From Clostridia bacterium (lineage in GTDB: Bacteria > Bacillota > Clostridia > Oscillospirales > CAG-272), in NCBI GenBank assembly GCA_017408535.1, contig JAFQUL010000179.1, positions 1 through 34,141 of the forward strand: a DNA stretch of 34,141 nt, in the 5' to 3' direction. The notes under the pieces were generated by a model. It had not been told where the DNA came from. It saw only the letters and a program-made list of their open reading frames with translations, and searched no databases. The position numbers and the translations under genes are program-made. This document shows positions 26,291 through 34,141 of this stretch, in pieces (the first letter of the stretch is position 1; each line of letters opens with the position of its first letter).

Positions 26291-27964
26291 ATGAAAAAAA
26301 GGATAATTTGTCTGCTGCTCGGTATGCTGATGGTAGCTTCTTCACTGCTGATGGCAGGCTGTAATAACGGTGATACCGGGTTTGATGACGAGGAAGAGCG
26401 TCTTGCTACTACTCTCCATCTTATGATCCCCACCGGCGAGTCCACCACTGCAGAAGCTGTTTCCGCCGTTCAGGATGCGCTTAACAGTATATTCGGTTCT
26501 AAGTACAAGACCAGGATAGTTATTGATGCCGTTTCCGAGGATGAGTATCTTGAAAAGCTGACTGAGAGATTTGACGCTCAGGAAAAAGCTGCCAAGGAAG
26601 CTGAAGAAGCTAAAGAGTCCAGAAAGAAGGCAGAAAAAGAGGCTAAGAAGAGAGGCGAGACTCTTCCTCCTCTTGAGACTGAGCCTGAGGTAACCGGCGA
26701 CGTTACCGTTATGAATGAACTCGGATTTACCGAGACTGTTTATCCCGAGCTTGAGGAGCACCAGATCGATATCTTCTTCCTCAGCGGTATAGATAATCTC
26801 TGGGATTTCTATGAGGATGAGAGACTTGCGTACCTTGACGACGATCTCGGCTCCTCCAGCAAGAAGCTTGCTGACTTTATCCATCCCACCTTTATTGAAG
26901 CTGCTAAGCTCGGCGGTTCTTCTGTCGCAGTACTTAACAATCATACTATAGGCGAGTACACCATGCTTCTTATAAACAAGGAGCTTGCTGATAAGTACTA
27001 CTATGATACCACCGGATACAAGACTCTTGCTGATGCGGTGGAGTTTATTGAGGATATGGCGGTTTCCGAGCCTGAGTACACTCCTTTCCTCGAGGAAGTA
27101 GATACTCCTAACTTTATCCGTTGGTCGGACGATGAGTCCTTCTACGGTGCTGACGTTAACAGTTCCAACGTTTTCGGAAAAGCAACCTCACCGATTACTA
27201 TGTTTCAGAGTAACTCCTTCCAGTCTTATTATTCCATTATGAGACTCTTTGAAGAGAAGGGTTATTTCTCTGAGGATCCCGAGAATGACGATAAGTTTGC
27301 TGCTGCTGTTGTAAAGGGTTCTCTTGAAGATAAGCTTGCATACGAAGAGAAGTATTACGTAACTGTTCTTCAGGTTCCCGTTGCATTGAATGACGATATT
27401 TACGCCGGCATGTTCTGCGTTAACGGCCATAACACCAACAAGGAAGTTTCCCGTTCAATGGAGATCATTACTCTCCTTAATACCGACTCTACTGTAAGAA
27501 ACCTGCTTCAGTACGGTGTAGAGGGACTTCACTATAAGCTTAACGCAAACGGTGAGGTGGTACGTCTTAACGATGACTATTCAATGAATATTCTTCATAC
27601 CGGTAACAGTTTCGTAGCTTATCCCGAAGAGGGAATGTCCAAGGACGCATGGGTATACGGTAAGCAGCAGAACCTTGATTCTACTACATACTCAATTCTT
27701 GGCTACAGCTTCAGTGAGAAGGACGCAGCGCTCTTTGCTCCCAACGCCACTCTCTATGATGAGATTTGGGAAACCCTTGAGAATGCAACATACGACCAGC
27801 TTACTAAGACTACCGGTGAAGATAACCCCTATAATATTGTAACCGACATACTCAGATTCCAGGATAGGCAGGGTAATGTGAGTGTGTACAACTCTGTTAC
27901 CAACGCCGGTGACGAGTCTCACTTTGCGGCTCGTCTTAACGAGTGGTACAACAGTAACTTCTAA
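26291..27964 (+). CDS. Lipoprotein, probable large extracellular solute-binding protein (LplA-like ABC substrate-binding family)
   Basis: The signal peptide and lipobox are MKKRIICLLLGMLMVASSLLMAGC, preceded by an AGGAGG RBS. The ~550-aa size and overall composition resemble family-1 sugar SBPs. The family call was made by eye only. Confidence 0.5.
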   Translation: MKKRIICLLLGMLMVASSLLMAGCNNGDTGFDDEEERLATTLHLMIPTGESTTAEAVSAVQDALNSIFGSKYKTRIVIDAVSEDEYLEKLTERFDAQEKAAKEAEEAKESRKKAEKEAKKRGETLPPLETEPEVTGDVTVMNELGFTETVYPELEEHQIDIFFLSGIDNLWDFYEDERLAYLDDDLGSSSKKLADFIHPTFIEAAKLGGSSVAVLNNHTIGEYTMLLINKELADKYYYDTTGYKTLADAVEFIEDMAVSEPEYTPFLEEVDTPNFIRWSDDESFYGADVNSSNVFGKATSPITMFQSNSFQSYYSIMRLFEEKGYFSEDPENDDKFAAAVVKGSLEDKLAYEEKYYVTVLQVPVALNDDIYAGMFCVNGHNTNKEVSRSMEIITLLNTDSTVRNLLQYGVEGLHYKLNANGEVVRLNDDYSMNILHTGNSFVAYPEEGMSKDAWVYGKQQNLDSTTYSILGYSFSEKDAALFAPNATLYDEIWETLENATYDQLTKTTGEDNPYNIVTDILRFQDRQGNVSVYNSVTNAGDESHFAARLNEWYNSNF

Positions 27965-27981
27965 TATACCGATTACTGATA

Positions 27982-28012
27982 GAGAAGCACCCGATGAGGG
28001 TGCTTCTTTTTC
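27982..28012. terminator. Intrinsic terminator between the convergent SBP and araC-family genes
   Basis: gaagcaccc (27984-27992) / gggtgcttc (27998-28006), then TTTTT. Confidence 0.8.
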
Positions 28013-28023
28013 TTGCGACGATA

Positions 28024-28824
28024 TTATATTTCGTATTTACCGTTGAGTACTCTGGTGTATTCACGGGGAGTCTTATTCATTCTGCGCTTGAAAACGTAAC
28101 TAAAATAGCTTTGAGATGAGAACCCGCATTCAAATGCTATCTCTGTCAGAGTAAGATCGGTCGTCACCAGAAGATCCACAGCTTTTTTCAGCCGCTGTTC
28201 CTCTACATATTCCCGCACAGTCTTGCCGACAGCCGTCTTGAAGGTGTTATGGAAATGTATATGGCTTACCGACATGGCTTTTGCGATATTTTTCAGACTG
28301 AGATCCTCGGTGAGGTTGTTTTTTATATAATTGACTGCTTCTTCAACAATTGCTTTACCCGTATCTCTGCCGTTCTGTGTCCTTTTGAATGATTCCGCAT
28401 CACGGCTGAGATTATATATGAGCTCAAGCAAGAGGCTCTGCAGTATTATCTCATCACGTGCAGTAAGGGTATCATAGTATTTTACGATCTTCAAAAAAAT
28501 TGATCTGTATACGTCGGCTTTATCCGTTTCAAGAAAGTCGGGAAGCTCCTTCAGTGTATCATATAAATACCCGTCCTTCAGTATAAGGTGTACGTAGTAG
28601 CACTCGAATGGGAATTTTGTGTGCCGAATACTTCCTGGCTTGACACAGATGAGGGTATGGGGGGATATCGGTTTTGCCGCATCGTTTATATAAGAGACTC
28701 CTCCTGCTTCCACCGGAAGTTCTATTTCAAACATAGTGGTCTTTCTGTTCTTGCTGACAGTTTGGTTTTTTGCCGATATCTGCGAGTTATATATGCCTGC
28801 AGATACTATCTCAGGTAGCTTCAT
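28024..28824 (-). CDS. AraC-family transcriptional regulator
   Basis: 266 aa. The C-terminus has a double HTH (LSLKNIAKAMSVSHIHFHNTFKTAVGKTVREYVEEQRLKKAVDLL..TEIAFECGFSSQSYFSYVFKRRMNKTPREY). The N-terminus is a cupin-like sensing domain. Confidence 0.9.
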   Translation of the reverse strand: MKLPEIVSAGIYNSQISAKNQTVSKNRKTTMFEIELPVEAGGVSYINDAAKPISPHTLICVKPGSIRHTKFPFECYYVHLILKDGYLYDTLKELPDFLETDKADVYRSIFLKIVKYYDTLTARDEIILQSLLLELIYNLSRDAESFKRTQNGRDTGKAIVEEAVNYIKNNLTEDLSLKNIAKAMSVSHIHFHNTFKTAVGKTVREYVEEQRLKKAVDLLVTTDLTLTEIAFECGFSSQSYFSYVFKRRMNKTPREYTRVLNGKYEI

Positions 28825-28837
28825 TTCTTACCTCTAA

Positions 28838-28886
28838 CAGTAATATTTCTAATATAATCAGTAACAAAATTTTATTAATCCAGTAA
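28838..28886. promoter_or_regulatory. Three phased CAGTAA direct repeats (candidate AraC-family operator half-sites) in the divergent control region
   Basis: cagtaa occurs at 28838, 28859 and 28881, giving spacings of 21 and 22 bp (about two helical turns). A TATAAT at 28891-28896 has no good -35, which fits an activator-dependent promoter. Confidence 0.45.
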
Positions 28887-28934
28887 AATATATAATACTA
28901 TTAAAATGTAAATGTGTCAATAGGTGTGATGAAT

Positions 28935-29624
28935 ATGAAAATAATATTTTTAGGGCAGGCCGGTCTTATCTTCAGGACAGACGGGCTTACAATTATGGTG
29001 GACCCATATCTGTCAGACAGTGTGGAAAAGGTCAACCCTGCTTCTTATCGCAGAGTGCCGGTTGACGAGAACTTTTTCTCTGTCAGACCGGATATAATGA
29101 TCTTTACCCACGATCATCTCGATCACTTTGACCCGGAAACGGTGTCTCGTTTTATAAGCTCCGACAGCGGTATTACCGTGCTTGCGCCGCGCTCTGTATG
29201 GGAAAAGGTACGGAGGATCGGCGGGAATAATAACTACGTTATGTTTAACCGTATGACAAGCTGGACAGAAAAGGGAATTACCTTTACTGCGGTAAGGGCA
29301 GAACACAGTGACCCGACTCCCATCGGTGTTGTTATACGTGACAGGGACGGAAAACGGTATTATATTACCGGAGACACTCTTTATAATGAGAAGATTTTTG
29401 ACGATCTCAGCATTACGGGAAATACCGAAATTTACGCGCTTTTCCTTCCGATAAACGGTGTGGGAAATAATATGAATGCGGTAGATGCTTCAAGATTTGC
29501 AAAGCGGATAGCGGCAGAGCGGACAGTGCCGATCCATACCGGAATGTTTGACTGTATGACAGCGGACGGGTTTGACTGTGAGGGAAAGACTGTCCCGAGG
29601 ATATATCAGGAAATAGTACTGTAG
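28935..29624 (+). CDS. MBL-fold metallo-hydrolase (UlaG/lactonase-like subgroup)
   Basis: The HxHxDH motif is FTHDHLDHFD and the sequence begins MKIIFLGQAGLIF. I preferred the ATG at 28935 on RBS spacing (TAGGTG). Confidence 0.75.
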   Translation: MKIIFLGQAGLIFRTDGLTIMVDPYLSDSVEKVNPASYRRVPVDENFFSVRPDIMIFTHDHLDHFDPETVSRFISSDSGITVLAPRSVWEKVRRIGGNNNYVMFNRMTSWTEKGITFTAVRAEHSDPTPIGVVIRDRDGKRYYITGDTLYNEKIFDDLSITGNTEIYALFLPINGVGNNMNAVDASRFAKRIAAERTVPIHTGMFDCMTADGFDCEGKTVPRIYQEIVL

Positions 29625-29641
29625 AAAGAGAGAATAACAGA

Positions 29642-30802
29642 ATGAAGGTTACAGACGTTAAGACATTTACCGTAGACTGCTTCCGCACCAACTGGGTGTT
29701 TGTAAAGGTCTACACAGATGAAGGTATCGACGGAGTGGGTGAGGCTACTCTCGAATATAAGGAAAAGGCTCTTGTAGGTGCGGTTGAGCACATCAGAGAG
29801 TATCTTGTCGGCAAAAACCCCCTTGATATAGAAAAGCATTTTCACGATATTTACAGGGATGCCTATTGGCGGGGCGGTGCGGTGCTTATGTCTGCACTTT
29901 CCGCCGTTGAGATGGCACTCTGGGATATTCTCGGAAAGCATCTCGGTGTTCCGGTATACCAGCTTCTGGGCGGCCGTGTTAATGACAAGGTACGCATATA
30001 CGTAAACGGCTGGTTTGCGGGAGCTAAGACCCCGAAGGAATTTGGTGAAAAAGCAAAGATCGCAGTTCAGCGCGGTGTTACTGCTATGAAGTGGGATCCC
30101 TTCGGTAAGTCTTATCTTGAGCTTTCAAACAAAGATCTTAACACTGCGCTTGAGTGTATCGCCGCTGTAAGAGAAGCTGTGGGAAACGAGGTAGACCTGC
30201 TTATTGAGGGACACGGAAGATTTAACGTTCCCACCGGTATCAGGATAGCAAAGGAGCTTGAGCAGTTCAGCCCTATGCTCTTTGAGGAGCCTACACCTCC
30301 CGACAACCTCGAAGCACTTAAGGCAGTAAGGGATAAATCACCCGTGGCTATTTCTGCCGGTGAGCGACTTTATACCCTCAAGTCATATAAGGATCTCTTT
30401 GAAATGCGGGTCGCAGATTATATCCAGCCTGACGTTTCTCACGCCGGCGGAATAATGGAGCTTAAAAAGATTGCCGCCCTGGCAGAGGCATATTACATAC
30501 CGTTTGCTCCCCATAATCCCTCCGGACCCGTTGCAAATGCCGCAACTCTTCAGCTTGCGGCCTGCTGTCCCAATTTCTCAATTCTTGAGATAATGTACAG
30601 CGACGTTGAATGGCGTAAGGATGTGACAAACGAGCGGCTTGAATATAAGGACGGCTATATCACAATACCCGATAAGCCCGGACTCGGTATTGAGATCAAT
30701 GAGGAGGCATGTCTCGAGCACCCCTACACCCCTCACAATCTCCGTCACTATACCGGTGCGCTGACAGATATCAGACCTGCAAAGACAGAGTTTTATTTCT
30801 GA
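29642..30802 (+). CDS. Enolase-superfamily sugar-acid dehydratase (mandelate racemase/muconate lactonizing family, galactonate-dehydratase-like)
   Basis: ...DEGIDGVGEATLE...RGGAVLMSALSAVEMALWDILGKHLGVPVYQLLGG... It also has LFEEP, SAGER, QPDVSHAGG and APHNPSGP, which parallel the DgoD-family metal and catalytic motifs. Confidence 0.8.
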   Translation: MKVTDVKTFTVDCFRTNWVFVKVYTDEGIDGVGEATLEYKEKALVGAVEHIREYLVGKNPLDIEKHFHDIYRDAYWRGGAVLMSALSAVEMALWDILGKHLGVPVYQLLGGRVNDKVRIYVNGWFAGAKTPKEFGEKAKIAVQRGVTAMKWDPFGKSYLELSNKDLNTALECIAAVREAVGNEVDLLIEGHGRFNVPTGIRIAKELEQFSPMLFEEPTPPDNLEALKAVRDKSPVAISAGERLYTLKSYKDLFEMRVADYIQPDVSHAGGIMELKKIAALAEAYYIPFAPHNPSGPVANAATLQLAACCPNFSILEIMYSDVEWRKDVTNERLEYKDGYITIPDKPGLGIEINEEACLEHPYTPHNLRHYTGALTDIRPAKTEFYF

Positions 30803-30816
30803 TGGAGGATGGGAGC

Positions 30817-31191
30817 ATGCTTGAGAGAAGCGATAAAGAATTGGAAATTTATTCATACACAGGTGACGGCTACGAGCCTACCATGAATTACAGCGGCTGG
30901 CGTGTTGCTATTGCAAATTACAGCGAGAGATTCGATAAGGATAAGTACAGACGAATAGAGCGGCACACCTTAACAGACGAGGTTTTCGTGCTTCTTTCCG
31001 GCAAGGCAAGCCTTGTTATAGGCAAGGAGCTTAAGGAGACCGAGCTTGAGGCAGGGAAGATATACAACGTCAAGGCTGGTGCGTATCACAATATCCTCCT
31101 CCGAAAGGATGCCAAGGTGCTTATCGTAGAAAACCATAATACAGGTATTGAAAACACAGAGTATTTTGAGATAGGAGGAGATGCCGAATGA
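30817..31191 (+). CDS. Small cupin-like protein of unknown function
   Basis: The ATG at 30817 lies 8 nt after GGAGG. An alternative ATG at 30802 overlaps the dehydratase stop (TGATG). The beta-rich sequence ...RHTLTDEVFVLLSGKASLVIG...IYNVKAGAYHNI... is compatible with a cupin fold. Confidence 0.5.
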   Translation: MLERSDKELEIYSYTGDGYEPTMNYSGWRVAIANYSERFDKDKYRRIERHTLTDEVFVLLSGKASLVIGKELKETELEAGKIYNVKAGAYHNILLRKDAKVLIVENHNTGIENTEYFEIGGDAE

Positions 31192-32003
31192 AGAAGGCTG
31201 TTTTTATAACCGGAGCGCAGTCAGGTACCGGATACGGCATTGCCGAGCATTTTGCTAAAAACGGTGTTGACGTGTTTATAACCAGCCGTAACGGAGAGGC
31301 GGCAGAGCGTTCCGCTGAGACACTTTCAAAAACCTACGGTGTCTTTTCAAAGGGATATGAATGCGATATCAGAAACGAGCAGCAGGTGAAGGATATATTC
31401 AGTGATATCGACAGCACCGGCAGATTTGTAGAATGTGTAGTCCTCAATGCCGCCAATATGGGCTTTGACCCTAAAGATCCCGCCGCAGGCCAGGATTTCT
31501 GGACGGTGGATATAGAGGATTTCCAAAAGGTATTTGAAACAAATCTGGTGTGGAATTTTATGATAGTCCGACAGGCGGCTGTCCGTATGCGTGAAGCGGG
31601 AAAGGGCTCTGTGGTATTTATCAGCTCAAATACCTCCTACCGTGCAATTCCCGGCAGAGCGGCATACAGCGCTTCCAAAGGCGGCATCAATGCTCTCGTC
31701 CGTGCGCTGGCCGTGGACCTCGGCCCCTTCGGTATCCGTTGTAACGCGGTACTGCCCGGCACCATCAAGACAGAGCGCTGGCGCGCTATGGGTAATAAGC
31801 AGATAGTTAACGGTGCCCTCACTCCCATAGGCGATATTTCCGATTTTGAGGATATAGCCAACGCAGTATGGTTCTTTGCAACCGATATGTCAAAGACTAT
31901 AACCGGCACAGAGCTTGTACTTGACGGCGGTATGTCCTGCCAGCTCTACCCGAGACTGCTGAATGAGCTTAAAAGAAAAGCTCAGGAGGAAACGGAAAAG
32001 TAA
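31188..32003 (+). CDS. SDR-family oxidoreductase
   Basis: TGAQSGTGYGIA Rossmann motif and the catalytic YSASKGG (YxxxK). Its start overlaps the upstream stop (ATGA). Confidence 0.85.
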   Translation: MKKAVFITGAQSGTGYGIAEHFAKNGVDVFITSRNGEAAERSAETLSKTYGVFSKGYECDIRNEQQVKDIFSDIDSTGRFVECVVLNAANMGFDPKDPAAGQDFWTVDIEDFQKVFETNLVWNFMIVRQAAVRMREAGKGSVVFISSNTSYRAIPGRAAYSASKGGINALVRALAVDLGPFGIRCNAVLPGTIKTERWRAMGNKQIVNGALTPIGDISDFEDIANAVWFFATDMSKTITGTELVLDGGMSCQLYPRLLNELKRKAQEETEK

Positions 32004-32031
32004 AAAAAGTAGGCGTCAGCCTGCTTTTTTA
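32003..32031. terminator. Bidirectional intrinsic terminator (SDR operon convergent with the GH3 gene)
   Basis: An A-run, then agtaggc-gtca-gcctgct (32008-32025), then TTTTT. Confidence 0.65.
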
Positions 32032-32040
32032 TATTTTAAA

Positions 32041-33921
32041 TTATTCAAATTTTACCGTGACGGTTTCACCTTTTTTCAGGTGTACGGTCTTAAAGTCGCA
32101 AAGACTCTTGTGAGGTATATATTCAAATTTCAGAAGAGAATAGTCTGTATCGTATTCACCTTTATTTGTAAGCTCATAGGTGTTTTCATCTATCTTTTTC
32201 TCTTCTATTTCCGAGTAAGTCAGTCCGTATCCGAACTCGTAGACAGTCTCTCCGCCAAAGAATTTGTAGGTGCGGTTATCCATGCTGTAGTCCTCAAATG
32301 GGGGCAGATCGTCAACAGAACGGTAGAAGGTAACCGGCAGACGTCCACAGGGAGATACCTTGCCGAAAATAATGTCAGCAAGAGCGTTGCCTCCCTCTGC
32401 ACCCGGGTAGAAGCACTGTATGACCGCATCGGCGTGCTCCTTTGCAAAGCTCAGATCGAGACAGCTGCCGCTTACGTTCACGTAGACCACCGGCTTACCG
32501 ACACGGGTGATTTCCTCTGCAAGCTCTCTCTGGATCTTTGATAATGCAAGGGTGGTCTTGTCGCCGTTTGATATATCGGTGGTAAATACTCCGTTTTCTT
32601 CACCTTCAAGTGAGGGATTAAGACCTACGCACAGAATGACTACGTCAGCCTTCTTTGCGGCAATAATTGCTTCGTTAAGAGGACGCTCATCCCAGGGATC
32701 AATATCGTAACCGATGTAATCGCAACCTTTTGCGTAGATAACCCTGTTGTCAGACCCGTCCTGGATGCCGTGGAGCAGGGTAGAGTATCTGGCGGGAGTA
32801 CCGTTGTAGTTCCCGAGCAGCACTGATTTATCATCTGCGGCAGGACCGATGACGGCTACCGTCATATTTTCCTTAAGGGGAAGAATACCGTTGTTTTTCA
32901 GCAGTATACAGCTTTTTGCGGCAATACGGCGATTAAGAGCTCTGTGCTCTTCACAGTCGACAACGTCAAAGGGGATATCGTTGTACTCGCAATCCTCGTC
33001 AAACATTCCGAGGGTGAATCTGCTCTCAAACAGTATCTCTACCGCTTCGGTAATAGTCTCTTCTGTAATAAGACCTTGTTCCACCGCTTCGCCGAGATGG
33101 AGAAAGTCGGTTCCGCACTCAAGCTGACAGCCGTTATTTACCGCAAGAGCGGCACTTTCCGCAGGAGAAGCTGTTGCCCTGTGAGCACCGTGTATGTCGC
33201 TTACCGCACCGCAGTCGGATACCACGTATCCTTCAAAACCGAGCTCATCTCTTAAAATGTCAGAGAGAAGCTCCTTGCTCCCGCAACAGATTTTACCGTT
33301 TATACTGTTGTACGCACCCATTACAGCGGCGGGCTTAGCATTTTCAATACAGTATCTAAACGCCGCAAGATATGTTTCGTAAAGATCCTTTTCGCTTATT
33401 TTAGCGTCGAAGCCGTGGCGGCAGCCCTCCGGACCGCTGTGTACCGCAAAATGCTTAAGGGTAGCGTCGAGCTTGCGGTATTTGCCATCTCCCTGGAGCC
33501 CCTTTACAAATGCTGTTCCCATTCTGCCGGTAAGATAGGGATCCTCTCCGTAGGTCTCGTGACCGCGGCCCCATCTGGGGTCACGGAAGATATTTATATT
33601 CGGGGACCAGAAGGTAAGTCCCTGGTATGTCTGGGTATATCCGAATTTTCTGAACTCGTTGTATTTGGCTCTTGCCTCGTCTGAAATGGCAACAGCGACA
33701 CGGTACATAAGCTCAGTATCAAAGCTCGCGGCCATACCGATAGCCTGGGGAAATACCGTTGCAGTACCCTGGCGGGCAACCCCGTGCAGACACTCGTTCC
33801 ACCAGTTGTAAGCGGGAACGCCGAGACGCTCAATTGCCGGTGCGTCACTGCACATTTGCGAAATCTTTTCCTCGAGGGTCATTTTAGCGACAAGTTCTTT
33901 TGCTCTTTCGCGGAATGTCAT
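32041..33921 (-). CDS. Glycoside hydrolase family 3 (beta-glucosidase/beta-xylosidase type) with a C-terminal Fn3-like domain
   Basis: The ATG at 33921 has an AAAGGAGAG RBS. The sequence includes MTFRERAKELVAKMTLEEKISQM..., GVPAYNWWNECLHGVARQG, FWSPNINIFRDPRWGRGHETYGEDP and the nucleophile region GYVVSDCGA. Confidence 0.85.
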   Translation of the reverse strand: MTFRERAKELVAKMTLEEKISQMCSDAPAIERLGVPAYNWWNECLHGVARQGTATVFPQAIGMAASFDTELMYRVAVAISDEARAKYNEFRKFGYTQTYQGLTFWSPNINIFRDPRWGRGHETYGEDPYLTGRMGTAFVKGLQGDGKYRKLDATLKHFAVHSGPEGCRHGFDAKISEKDLYETYLAAFRYCIENAKPAAVMGAYNSINGKICCGSKELLSDILRDELGFEGYVVSDCGAVSDIHGAHRATASPAESAALAVNNGCQLECGTDFLHLGEAVEQGLITEETITEAVEILFESRFTLGMFDEDCEYNDIPFDVVDCEEHRALNRRIAAKSCILLKNNGILPLKENMTVAVIGPAADDKSVLLGNYNGTPARYSTLLHGIQDGSDNRVIYAKGCDYIGYDIDPWDERPLNEAIIAAKKADVVILCVGLNPSLEGEENGVFTTDISNGDKTTLALSKIQRELAEEITRVGKPVVYVNVSGSCLDLSFAKEHADAVIQCFYPGAEGGNALADIIFGKVSPCGRLPVTFYRSVDDLPPFEDYSMDNRTYKFFGGETVYEFGYGLTYSEIEEKKIDENTYELTNKGEYDTDYSLLKFEYIPHKSLCDFKTVHLKKGETVTVKFE

Positions 33922-34017
33922 GGTTCTCTCCTTTGCATGAGATTTCGTTTCATTATAGCATATATGTTTTTGTGTATCAAGCAAAATAAAGGATATAATC
34001 CAAATTCCTTAAAACCC

Positions 34018-34046
34018 TTGACAAAGCCAGCTGATTTTGGTATAAT
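34018..34046 (+). promoter_or_regulatory. Consensus sigma-A promoter with extended -10 for the tRNA gene(s)
   Basis: TTGACA (34018-34023), a 17-nt spacer, then TATAAT (34041-34046) preceded by TGG. Confidence 0.7.
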
Positions 34047-34064
34047 TCATAGGTATCAATACAT

Positions 34065-34141
34065 CCGGGTGTGGCACAGCTTGGTAGTGCGCTTGGTTCG
34101 GGACCAAGAGGCCGCTGGTTCGAATCCAGTCACTCGGACCA
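34065..34141 (+). tRNA. tRNA-Pro (anticodon CGG), with encoded CCA, ending at the window edge
   Basis: Hand-folded cloverleaf: acceptor ccgggtg/cactcgg, D arm gcac-agcttggta-gtgc, anticodon arm cttgg-ttCGGga-ccaag, variable aggcc, T arm gctgg-ttcgaat-ccagt, discriminator A, then CCA. Total 77 nt. Confidence 0.85.

Noticed and set aside
34065-34141. tRNA-Pro as a possible integration hotspot for a genomic island.
   Set aside because: The window ends at the CCA. No integrase, att-like repeat of the tRNA 3' end, or foreign-looking genes are visible within the window.
1-34141. Window-wide scan for defence systems, toxin-antitoxin pairs, prophage genes, transposases and CRISPR.
   Set aside because: Every large ORF has a plausible housekeeping, metabolic or envelope assignment, or is a shadow ORF. 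Nothing resembles a known defence or mobile-element gene, so I do not claim a novel system of that type here.

Overview
This is a chromosomal segment from a spore-forming Firmicute. The gene content looks Clostridia/Ruminococcaceae-like, but that taxonomic call is inference only. Most of the window is core housekeeping. It holds a partial sleB-like cortex hydrolase, an AlkD-like repair protein and a BlaI/BlaR1-type repressor-sensor pair. These are followed by an amidohydrolase, a HIT protein and a minus-strand run of rpmE, hflX, yigZ and lysC. Next come the sporulation operon spoIIGA-sigE, a large internally duplicated lipoprotein and a DUF1015 plus Fe-S aldo/keto reductase operon. Two paralogous ABC exporters follow, and the second is frameshifted. 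The macromolecular-synthesis cluster dgt-like, dnaG and sigA ends in a second, tandem sigA copy. The last part holds an orphan solute-binding lipoprotein, then an AraC regulator divergent from an operon of MBL-hydrolase, enolase-superfamily dehydratase, cupin and SDR genes. It ends with a convergent GH3 glycosidase and a tRNA-Pro(CGG) at the window edge. I found no CRISPR array, transposase, integrase, toxin-antitoxin pair or recognisable defence system. The most unusual signals are: (1) the translationally coupled tandem sigA duplication, with both copies apparently under purifying selection; (2) conserved SpoIIGA N-terminal residues lying upstream of any canonical start codon, behind a promoter with a 21-bp spacer; (3) a 1-nt frameshift in the second ABC exporter; (4) a BlaR1-type protease with a non-PBP sensor domain; (5) a 139-bp MITE-like multi-hairpin element; (6) a GATC-dense triple palindromic repeat; (7) a putative sugar-acid or lactone catabolic operon with phased direct repeats in its control region. 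All calls come from reading the sequence and ORF translations by eye. No database search was run.
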